A stretch of 32,723 nt of DNA from an uncultured virus (IMG/VR IMGVR_UViG_2061766007_002127) (IMGVR_UViG_2061766007_002127); one strand, 5' to 3'. Counted from the stretch's first letter, positions 21,148 through 30,342 are shown. Made by a program: numbers and translations. The notes: a model not told the origin generated them from the sequence alone.

Positions 21148-24013
21148 ATGGCTTACAATCAGTCCGACGAGATTTTCATAGCGATGCACAAGGACGACCC
21201 AGAGGCGTTCTACGCGAAGATACCATACGACAAGCTTCCGAACATCCACCGAATCGGAGGGAAGTGGATGCAGGCTGGCAAGGAGTGGAGGTTCCCTCTC
21301 GACGACGAGATATGGGCGAAGTTCCAGAAGGAGTTCGCCCCAGAGTTCGCTGCTGGCAAGGTGCATAAGGACTTCGCGTTCCTGCTCGCCTTCGACAGGA
21401 GGCACAAGGACTTGCAGAACTTCCTGTCGTTCAAGGAAGTGGCGCTGAAGGACGAGCCGACGGACTTCGGGGTGGAGGGGGTCGGTCTGGACGGCAAGAA
21501 CTGCCTGTTCAACTACCAGAGATGGGGAATCAAGTGCGGGCTGAGCGTCGGCGACGGGTTCCTGATTGGGGATTCAATGGGATTGGGGAAAGCCGAGGTT
21601 GTTGACAACAGGTTGTTTACTCCGAAAGGAAGAAAACGGATTGGCGACATTGCAGTCGGCGATGAAGTCATTGGAAGCAATGGGCAGGCTTGCAATGTGA
21701 CTGGAGTGTTTCCACAAGGAATGAAGCCTGTCTATAAAATGACGTTTTCCGACGGGTATTCCATNNNNNNNNNNNNNNNNNNNNNNCTGGACGGTGTTTA
21801 CGACTTTAGGGGAAAATCCTGTAACGTTGACCGTTAAGGACATGCTTGACGAGAACAAGACGATAGAGCATTATGGAACAGGTCATAATTCCGTGAAGAA
21901 GTACGAGTACAGGACATACTACAAATGCCCGAACGGAGACGGTCATTGGCAGATACCAGTTGTGCAACCGATGCGATTTGACAGGAACGAGCAGTTGCCG
22001 ATAGAGCCTTATCTATTTGGGGCATTGATTGGCGACGGGCATTTCATGAAGCATCAGGTCGATGTCACTGAAAACGCAGGTGATTTCGATGAAATGTTCG
22101 CAGGATACATTCAAAATGGATACTTGAATGCGCATGAAAAGAAAACGAACAACTCGAATTCGAGGGTTGCCGTGTTTCAGGCAGGCGACATCATGGATGC
22201 ACTTGGTCTTGGATGCAAAAAGTCATGGGAGAAATTCATTCCAGACTGCTACAAGTATTCGTCCGTTGAAGACAGGCTTGAACTGTTGCATGGTCTGATG
22301 GACACGGACGGTCATTGCCAGAAGCGAAACAAGAACAGGCATAATGACAGCATGTTTGTCGCCACCGAATATTGCTCCACGTCAGAGCGACTTGTCGATG
22401 ATGTGGCAGAAATCGTCCAGACGCTTGGTGGAATCGCAAGGAAGCATTCGAAGAGAACGCATTATACCGAAAACGGAGTTCGCCATGAATGCAGAACTGC
22501 ATATCGCCTGAACATCAAGTTGCCGAGTGGGATGAATCCGTTTAAATTGAGGAGAAAGGCAGATGCCTGCAATACGCCGTTGAAATACCATGTGGCGCGT
22601 GTCATAAGGAACATAGAATACGTTGGAGAAAAGGAGTGCGTGTGCATCATGGTCGATGCCCCAGACCATTTGTATGTGACGGAACATTGCATTGTCACGC
22701 ACAACACTATACAAGGACTCGGAATTGCAAAGGAACGGATGAACCGTGGAGATGTCCATAATTGTCTTATTGTGTGTCCTGCATCGCTAAAGTACAACTG
22801 GCGCGACGAGATAGCCAAATTCTTGAATATGGATGCTCTTGTCATAGGTCACAAGTGCAAAAACGCGCAGGACAGGGAGAAGCAGTGGATAGCCACTGGA
22901 TATCCGTTCAAGATTGTCAACTACGAGACTGTTGCAAGGGACTTGTACTGCGAGCCCAAGAAGAAGGACAACAGGATTTCATGCTATAAGGCTGTGCTGA
23001 ATTCATTTGACATAGTGATTTTCGATGAAATACACATGCTCAAGCATCATTCATCACAGCGTACTCTTGCCTGCCGTCAGTTCAACGCGAAGTACCGTAT
23101 TGGTTTGACTGGCACTCCACTTGACGGGCGCCTTGAGGAAATCCACTCCATCTTCCAGATACTCAAGCCTGGTCTGTTCGTGTCCAAGCAGAAGTTCATG
23201 GAGAGGTATGCCGAGTACGACTACTTCGGTGCCGTCAAGGGATACCACCACATCAAGGAAGTGTCAGACAAGATATCTCCATACTACTTGCGCAGGCTCA
23301 AGGAAGAGGTGCTGAAGGACCTGCCACCGAAACTGCACAAGGACATGATGGTTGAGCTGTCGCCGAAGAACATGAAGGCATACAAGGAACTGGTCAAGAA
23401 GAAGAACGAAATCACCGAGAATGCCTCTGCGATGGAGCTTGTCATGAGGGCGAGGCAGTTCCTCGACTTCCCTGAAATACTGGGGATGCACAACAGTTCC
23501 GACAAGTACGCAGTGTTCAAGGAGCTTCTGGACGAGCTTGTGAAGGACAACAACCACAAGGTAATCGTTTTCTCGCAGTACACGAACACGTTGCACTGGC
23601 TGATGAAGAACCTTGAGACCGAGTACAAGGACATTCTTGTCATAGACGGCTCCGTCGACCCAGAGGAGCGTCAGGAGATATGCAAAAGATTCAATTCAGA
23701 CCCGAAGTACAGGATTCTGCTTGGGAGCAACGCGATGAGCACGGGGCTTAATCTTCAAGCTGCCGACGATGTAATCAACTATACTGCAGACTTTTCCCCT
23801 GCAGTGATGAAGCAGAGGGAGGACAGGGCTTACAGATGCGGCGTCACCCACATGGTAACTGTCTATGATTTCGTCTGCATGGACACTGTCGATGAAAGAG
23901 TGAGGAACATCCTTACGAGAAAGCAGACTGTCAACAATGCCCTTCTTGGAGAGAATGTGGATTCATTCGAGATAGGGGAGATGAGCGCGATGGAGATATT
24001 GAGTTGTCTGTGA
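21148..24013 (+). CDS. SNF2-family (DEAD/DEAH SF2) helicase containing an intein
   Basis: LFNYQ, GDSMGLGK|TIQ, IVCPASLKYNW, DEIH, LTGTP, RRLKEEVLKDLPPK, VFSQY, TGLNLQ, QREDRAYR. Confidence 0.93.
21592..22705 (+). mobile_element. Class-3-type intein with LAGLIDADG homing endonuclease, inserted in Walker A
   Basis: Begins at Ala (AEVVDNRLFTPKG) and ends CVCIMVDAPDHLYVTEHCIVTHN/T. LAGLIDADG motifs are PYLFGALIGDG and LLHGLMDTDG. GC content is lower than the flanks. Confidence 0.9.
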
Positions 24014-24102
24014 TTGTTTCATTTATATTCGTCATATATGTATAATTGTTGTTTTATGGGTCAGATGAAACAATGATTGAACATTTAAGTCCACAAGGAC
24101 TG

Positions 24103-24150
24103 AAAGCCTGGAATATAGTTGCTGACCCCAACTGTGTTTCAGGCTTTTTT
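24103..24150 (+). terminator. Leader terminator-like hairpin upstream of the endonuclease
   Basis: 19-bp stem AAAGCCTGGAATATAGTTG/CAACTGTGTTTCAGGCTTT with a T-tract, downstream of TTCATT-N17-TATAAT (24018-24046). Confidence 0.7.
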
Positions 24151-24166
24151 ATTGGAGAATAAAACG

Positions 24167-25920
24167 ATGAATCAGGAATCAATCGACTGGTTGAAGAAGC
24201 GTTTTGGAGATGGAAGAAAAATCACAAAGAATCTGATGAAAAGCATTCCAGATGCAATAATGGATGATATTGAAAATGAATTTATGTTGTATCCAGAATA
24301 TGGGACAATAAAGCATGTAATATATTGTGTGTCAAACAACCTTTTTCTTGGTAGATGTTTGACTTGTGGAAAAACATTGACATATTATCAGACTTTTTTT
24401 GGTCATAATCAATATTGTTCAAATGACTGTATTGATAAAGAGCACAAGGGGTTAATGATAAAAAAAGCATTTATGGAAAAATATGGTGTAGAGCATATTT
24501 CTCAATTGGAGCGAATCAAAGAGCAGAAAAAACAAAAAAGCATTTCAAGATATGGAACAGAAAATGTGTTTCAGAATAGTGAAGTGCAACAAAAATATAA
24601 AGAAACAATGATGCAAAGGTATGGGACGGAAGTACCATTGCGAGCTGATGAAATAAAAGAAAAAATAAGAAAAACAAACATTGAAAGATATGGATGTGAA
24701 TATGCTTCACAAAGTGAAGATGTAAAGAAAAAAATAGTCAATACCAATATTGAAAGATATGGTGCTTCAAATCCTGTACAAAATCAAAAGATTCTTGAAA
24801 AANNNNNNNNNNNNNNNCGTTGATAATGTTTTTAAAAGCAGTGAAATCATTCGAGCTAATCTTGACAGAACATATGAAGAATTGAAAGAACGTTTCAAAG
24901 ATTATGTGGTGCCAATGTTCACAAAGGAAGAATATACTGGTCATTATCATGATGAAATATATCGCTGGAAATGTGTAAAGTGTGGTAATGAATTTGAATC
25001 AAGGATATATAATACAAATCATCTAAAGGAAGTCGCGGAAGCAATTCCACGTTGCTTGGAATGTTATCCATTTGTATCTGGATATTCCAATGAAGAAAAG
25101 GAAGTTGTTGAATTTATCAAATCAATTTACAATGGAGAAATAATTGAAAATGACACATCAATTATTTTTCCATATGAAATTGACATCTTGATACCAGATA
25201 AAAATGTTGGCTTTGAATATAATGGAGTTTATTGGCATTCTGAAGAGTATATGAAAAATAATGATTATCATTTGGAAAAGACAAATAAATGCAAGAAAAA
25301 AGGTATTTGCTTAATTCATTTGTTTAATACTGAATGGAATGACAAGAAGGATATAGTAAAGGACAGGATTTGCTCGATTCTTGGATTGAACAGGAATAAA
25401 ATATATGCGAGGAATTGCATTGTCAAGAATGTTAAATCGAATGTCGCAAATGAGTTCCTTGAAAAGAATCATTTACAAGGTGGTGACCATTCTTCTATTC
25501 GGGAAGGACTTTTTTTCAATGATGAATTGGTTGCTGTAATGACTTTTGGCAAACCACGTTTTGATAGAAAACACGATTGGGAGATGATACGATTCGCTTC
25601 GAAGCTTGGAATGAATGTGGCAGGNNNNNNNNNNNNNNNNNNNNNNNNNNNNNNNNNNNNNTGTTTCATATGCCGACAGAAGGTATTCGGAAGGAAACTT
25701 ATATGGAAGGCTTGGATTTAAATTGGAATCCGTTTCAAGTCCTAACTATGTATGGGTAAAGAATAGCACTGTTCTCACAAGGTATCAATGCCAGAAGCAT
25801 CGGTTGGCAAAGGTGCTAGGCAATGGATATGACAAGGACAAGACTGAAATAGAAAATATGCATGATAATGGATGGCATCGTGTGTTCGATTGTGGAAATC
25901 TTGTATATGTGCTTGAATGA
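24167..25920 (+). CDS. Free-standing Hef-like/Vsr-type (PD-(D/E)XK) putative homing endonuclease (gapped)
   Basis: AT-rich island with repeats of (K/R)YGxE/SN, CxxC pairs, SNEEKEV...EIDILIP...GFEYNGVYWHS, then an IYARNC...NHLQG...SYADRR...DCGN tail. Confidence 0.8.
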
Positions 25921-25999
25921 TTCAAGCCATANNNNNNNNNNAGATAGGGGAGATGAGCGCGATGGAGATACTCAGTTGCCTGTGATTTTTCCTTAAATA

Positions 26000-26182
26000 A
26001 AATCTCATGAAATCTGTCAAACATATTGAAATATTTTCAAGCGACTTGAAATTCTATTTTCATGCCTCATATTGATTATGAATGGAAATCGGCTTTCTGA
26101 CTTTATTTCCATTCATCTTAATTGAGATTGTCATCCATGAAATGTCAGATTTTGCCAGATTTCATGGATGTGAGTTGAAACC
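26000..26182 (+). repeat. Direct repeat copy 1: promoter (26046-26073) plus structured element
   Basis: Aligns with ~27822-28007; the 3' block GATTTTGCCAGATTTCATGGATGTGAGTTGAAACC is identical. Confidence 0.85.
26078..26182 (+). ncRNA. Putative structured RNA (three hairpins, kissing loops), copy 1
   Basis: Two perfect 12-bp stems with 15-nt loops containing complementary TCTGAC and GTCAGA. Begins 5 nt after the -10 box. Confidence 0.55.
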
Positions 26183-26244
26183 AGACCGTATAATGCATAT
26201 GCGTTTGCTTTAAGACCAGTCGCATTCGGAAAAGGAGGAAAACC

Positions 26245-26563
26245 ATGGACATGAACGTGAGAATCGCGAGGGAGCTCGTGAAGGTTGCCAAGGAGCTTGT
26301 CGCTGGGAATGCCAAGCCGATGGAGAGGCTGNNNNNNNNNNGTCATGAGCCCTAGTTCGAACATGGATTCCCACAGGAAGCTCATCGACAGCAACGACAG
26401 GTTCGCTGCCATCCAGATGCCACCGAAGTTCTATCTCCAGACCAAGTGGAAAACGGACGTGCTGTTCGACGCGATGTTCGTCGGGATGTACACCGAGGAG
26501 AAGCTTAAGAAGACGGTGGATTTGCTGAAGGAGATACTTGGCGAGGAGCCTGTCAAGGGATGA
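26245..26563 (+). CDS. Hypothetical protein with RIARELVKVAKELVA leader (gapped; alternative allele at 26600-26816)
   Basis: AGGAGG RBS, then MDMNVRIARELVKVAKELVAG...GEEPVKG*. Confidence 0.7.
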
Positions 26564-26819
26564 CGGATGAAAGGCGAGCTGGACAAGGTNNNNNNNNNNC
26601 AAGGGAATCGTCTATAAGACGATAAACAGGGTGCGTGGAAAGCACTACTGGACGCGCTCGGAGCAGAAGAACATGGACAACGTGTCCGAGGACGAGTGCA
26701 TCATCATCGTAAACCACAGCAACAACATGGTTTCCCACAGGAAGCTCATCGACAGCAACGACAGGTTCGCTGCCATCCAGANNNNNNNNNNCGGCGAGGA
26801 GCCTGTCAAGGGATGACGG

Positions 26820-27317
26820 ATGAAAGGCGAGCTGGACAAGGTTGTTGAAATCCATGCGATGCTGTCGAAATTCGCGTTCGGGGCGTATCTTGGAAACGGA
26901 TGCTACGGGCATGGGGATGACGAGGAGCTTGTCTCCGACTATTCGATGCAGTCGCCACGGCAGGTGCTGGAATCGAGGCAGGGCACGTGCATTGACATCG
27001 CAGGATGCGTGAAGTATCTTCTGGACAGGGAGGGGATACGGAACTTCGCCGTGTATGGAATTTCCGACGACGGCTCCGAATTTCCTCCGAACCACTGCTT
27101 CAATGTGGCGTTTGTGGATGGAAGGATGTACCTTGTCGATGCGTCGGATGGAGTGGATGTCTCCGAATACGGCTCTCTGGATGACGTGAAGAGATTCTAT
27201 TCGGGAAGGCATCCAGAGCTGAAAGGAGCCGTTTTCCACAGGCTTGACTCGTTTCCACCTGCTGGAAGCTCGTTCTGGAATTTCGTGGAGTATGCAGATG
27301 GATGCCGTGAGATTTAG
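26820..27317 (+). CDS. Transglutaminase-like (papain-fold Cys-His-Asp) protein
   Basis: SPRQVLESRQGTCIDIA...NHCFNVAFVDGRMYLVDAS. Confidence 0.75.
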   Translation: MKGELDKVVEIHAMLSKFAFGAYLGNGCYGHGDDEELVSDYSMQSPRQVLESRQGTCIDIAGCVKYLLDREGIRNFAVYGISDDGSEFPPNHCFNVAFVDGRMYLVDASDGVDVSEYGSLDDVKRFYSGRHPELKGAVFHRLDSFPPAGSSFWNFVEYADGCREI

Positions 27318-27376
27318 CAGGATGCAACAAGAAGCCACAGGAACGGAAGACCACGCTTTAAACCAGGAGAAGCACA

Positions 27377-27820
27377 ATGGACAGGATTGAAAGGATTGCG
27401 ATGGACATCGTGGCAGGGGCGAAGGTCGTTTACTCTGCCGTTCTGATAGATGAAACGGACAGGAAGAGTATTGTCGAGAATGCCAGGCACAAAAATCTGT
27501 ACGGAGACCATGTGACGCTGTGGTACTACGGTGGCGCAGAGATGGACACGCCGTATGCAGGCGAGCGCGTCGAATTGAATCTGACTAGGCACTTCGCCGA
27601 CGACAGGGGGGAGGCTTGGCTCGTGTCGTGTGGAAACGAGCATGTGCGTGAAATAAAGGAGCCTTCGCAGGTTCTCCATGTCACGGTGAGTTGCGCCGAC
27701 GGGACGAAGCCAGTCTACAGCAACGAGCTCGTGAGGCACTCGTTCGCAGATGAGACGGAGGGGTTTCCCGTCCATGGTCGCATAGCGTACTACATGACCG
27801 ACGGGACGTGGTTCCATTAG
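27377..27820 (+). CDS. 2H phosphoesterase
   Basis: Two HxT motifs, DHVTL and LHVTVSCADGTKPVYSNEL. N-terminus is MDRIERIAMDIVAG. Confidence 0.8.
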   Translation: MDRIERIAMDIVAGAKVVYSAVLIDETDRKSIVENARHKNLYGDHVTLWYYGGAEMDTPYAGERVELNLTRHFADDRGEAWLVSCGNEHVREIKEPSQVLHVTVSCADGTKPVYSNELVRHSFADETEGFPVHGRIAYYMTDGTWFH

Positions 27821-27821
27821 A

Positions 27822-28007
27822 TAAAATCCACCAAAATCCATAAAAACATGTTGGAATATGTTTGAATGACTTGAATTTTGGTTTTGGTGCCCCATATTGA
27901 CTATGCTTGGAAATCAGCTTTCTGGCTTGGCTTTCAAGTTCTCAATACGAGATTGTCATCCACTGAATGTCGGATTTTGCCAGATTTCATGGATGTGAGT
28001 TGAAACC
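27822..28007 (+). repeat. Direct repeat copy 2: promoter (27871-27898) plus structured element
   Basis: Diverged copy of 26000-26182, not adjacent to any gap. Confidence 0.85.
27903..28007 (+). ncRNA. Putative structured RNA, copy 2
   Basis: Stems are retained with substitutions (GCTTGGAA/TTTCAAGT; TCTC/GAGA; CATCCA-TGAA/TTCA-TGGATG). Loop TCTGGC can pair with GTCGGA or GCCAGA. Confidence 0.5.
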
Positions 28008-28314
28008 TAGGATGAACTTCGAGCACTGCAACAACTGCAACAACTTCAGGGGCGAGATAAGCCTGTCGTTCACGTCGTTCGACGGGAGGCTCGCCTTCTA
28101 TCTCAACGGGAGGAGGAGGGGGTACTCGTGCCTGTTCGTGACCGACCTGAAGGGTATTTGCGACATCGTGAAGCCACAGGAGAGGGCGAGGTGGTTCATG
28201 ATGAACGGGCACAGGCAGTTCGACGAGCTGAAGAGCCACGTGGTGGACATCATCGAGCCTGACGGCGACTGCCCGTTGAGGACGGAGATACTGATAGAGT
28301 CTTGGAATCAATAG
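27967..28314 (+). CDS. CxxC...CPxxxE family protein (start may be the later Met, MNFEHC)
   Basis: HCNNC...DCPLRTEILIESWNQ*. Confidence 0.7.
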   Translation: MSDFARFHGCELKPRMNFEHCNNCNNFRGEISLSFTSFDGRLAFYLNGRRRGYSCLFVTDLKGICDIVKPQERARWFMMNGHRQFDELKSHVVDIIEPDGDCPLRTEILIESWNQ

Positions 28315-28328
28315 CATGGAGTAGGATT

Positions 28329-28547
28329 ATGGGAAAGAAGGGAAAGCCTTTCTGGCTGGTCGCGCTGGTGTCGATTTTGATTATAGTGCTGTGTTTCGGA
28401 TTTTTCTGGCTGGAGATAGTGGCGTTCCAGTGGCTTCTGGCTCAGTTCGGTCTGGAGGTCGGGTTCTGGAAGGCGTTCCTGATGCTACTCGTCATCGATG
28501 TCCTGTTGCAGAACATCACGGCTAGGTCTGCTGGAAACAGGCGCTGA
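28329..28547 (+). CDS. Small two-TM membrane protein
   Basis: MGKKGKPFWLVALVSILIIVLCFGFFW...FWKAFLMLLVIDVLL. Confidence 0.75.
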   Translation: MGKKGKPFWLVALVSILIIVLCFGFFWLEIVAFQWLLAQFGLEVGFWKAFLMLLVIDVLLQNITARSAGNRR

Positions 28548-28612
28548 AGTCATTTTCCGCTTATTTCCAGCCGAATTGTCATGACAGTGAAAATCGACGG
28601 AGGACGCATTTA

Positions 28613-29738
28613 ATGGACAGGAACATAAAAATCGCCAGGCGACTTGTCAGAATCGCGAGGATGCTCGTCTCGGAGAGGGTTCTCGACGAGGCTGTCCAGA
28701 AGGGGGAGTCGCTTCCAGAGGAAAAGAAGAAGGAGGCTCTGGACATCGTCACAGAAATCGTTGACGAATCTGGAAATCCCGAGGCGAAGAGGCTCCTTGA
28801 GCAGATTGTGAACAGCTCCTCCTGCAACGGGAGGAGGATGGTCGCCTTCGACTTCATCGAGAAGATAATGAAGTTCAGTGGGGACAGCCAGCTCGTGAGG
28901 GCGTTGCTGGTCGCAGCGGCGATGATGGGGGCGATTTCGACTGCAGAGGCGAAGAACATATACTTCAAGTCTGGCGACGAGATAAAGGCACTGCAGGTCG
29001 AGGATGGCAAGTACAATGAGACAGAGCAGGAGAGGATGGACTTCGAGCAGGCTGCGAAGCACGCAGATGAGCTGTCAAGGCAACACGCTGGCGCATCGCT
29101 GGATACCAGTGGCGTCGAGATAGCCGACGAGGGGAATGCCGTCTACATCACCGTCACGTTCAGGAAGGACCAGTTCAGGGATGCAGTGGCGAACGCGAGG
29201 AGCGAATTCGACAGGCAGTATCCGAGCNNNNNNNNNNNNNNNNNNNNNNNNNNNNNNNNNNNNNNNNNNNNNNNNNNNNNNNNNNNNNNNNNNNNNNNNN
29301 NNNNNNNNNNNNNNNGCTTCGTCGCATTCGCAGGCTCAGAATCCAGAGAAGAAGCAGACCGTGAAGAAGAAAAATTCGCAGAAGCCGTCGAAGTCCAGCG
29401 AAAGGAGTCAGGATGACGAGACCGTCAGGCAGTTCAGGGGCATAAGGAACCCAGACGGCAAGTTCGCGATGGAGCTTGCAGAGAAGGTCTCGTCTGGAAA
29501 CGCTGGCGACGTAATCGTCGAGGAGAAGGACGGCGTGAGCTACATTGCAGTGCGTGGAAAGGACGGAATGGGGAGAATGGATGCGCTGGAATATCTTGAA
29601 TCTAAAGCACAGGATGCAATGCTGAGTAAGTACGGCAATAATCTGACGATACGTGGATGGAACAAGTCTGGATACGCATTCGGTCAGAACCGTGAACTGA
29701 AGGCTTTGACATACACGTTCAACACACCAGGCGAATAG
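28613..29738 (+). CDS. Hypothetical protein with IARRLVRIARMLV leader (gapped; could be two genes)
   Basis: MDRNIKIARRLVRIARMLVSE...; after the gap the frame ends ...TFNTPGE*. Confidence 0.7.
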
Positions 29739-29767
29739 CATTTAACCATAATGGAAGGAGGATTGAA

Positions 29768-30283
29768 ATGAACAAAAACATCAGGATTGCAAGGCAACTC
29801 GTTAGAATCGCGAGGATGCTCGTCGCGCTGGATGCAGGCGACGGGTACACCGTGAAGGGTCTGATGGCGAAGATGTCCGACAGGATTCTGGGCTACGTGA
29901 AGGAACATTTACCGAAGACTGGAATGGTTTCCATCAGAGGGACGCAGAAGAACTTCGGGTTCACGTTCACCGTCGATGACAGTGGGGACGAGCCGTCGAT
30001 AAGCATCAAGGCGAAGGACCTTGACCCGACTGCAGAGCCTGCCGTCAGGAATTCGGACTACGCCGACATCAAGGAGCAGGTCGTCGGGATGGTGTACAAG
30101 TGCGCAGATGAAGCAGTGTCGTCGCTCGTGGTCGACGACGAATTCACGGACTATGCCCAGATAACGGTTCAGGAAGACCAATGCAAGTGCAACGACGAGG
30201 ACGTGTTGCTCGATATCGTGTCGCAGTCTGCCGTGAAGAAGCTGTTCGGCAACGATGGAATCGATGTGACGCTTGAAAAGTGA
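29768..30283 (+). CDS. Hypothetical protein with IARQLVRIARMLVA leader
   Basis: GGAGG RBS, then MNKNIRIARQLVRIARMLVALD... Confidence 0.8.
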   Translation: MNKNIRIARQLVRIARMLVALDAGDGYTVKGLMAKMSDRILGYVKEHLPKTGMVSIRGTQKNFGFTFTVDDSGDEPSISIKAKDLDPTAEPAVRNSDYADIKEQVVGMVYKCADEAVSSLVVDDEFTDYAQITVQEDQCKCNDEDVLLDIVSQSAVKKLFGNDGIDVTLEK

Positions 30284-30306
30284 GTCGGATTGATTGAATC
30301 CGTATC

Positions 30307-30342
30307 AAAAGCCAGAGTGGAATGACGCGCTCTGGCTTTTTT
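30307..30342 (+). terminator. Intrinsic terminator
   Basis: AAAAGCCAGAG...CTCTGGCTTTTTT. Confidence 0.8.

Noticed and set aside
8062..25920. Apparent frameshifts in the helicases, intein and endonuclease (pseudogenes or programmed frameshifting)
   Set aside because: The frame changes coincide with N-gaps of estimated length.
26142..26213. Short ORF MSDFARFHGCELKPDRIMHMRLL in repeat copy 1
   Set aside because: It has no RBS and lies within a hairpin. It is better explained as part of the repeated structured element, although a gene relic cannot be excluded.
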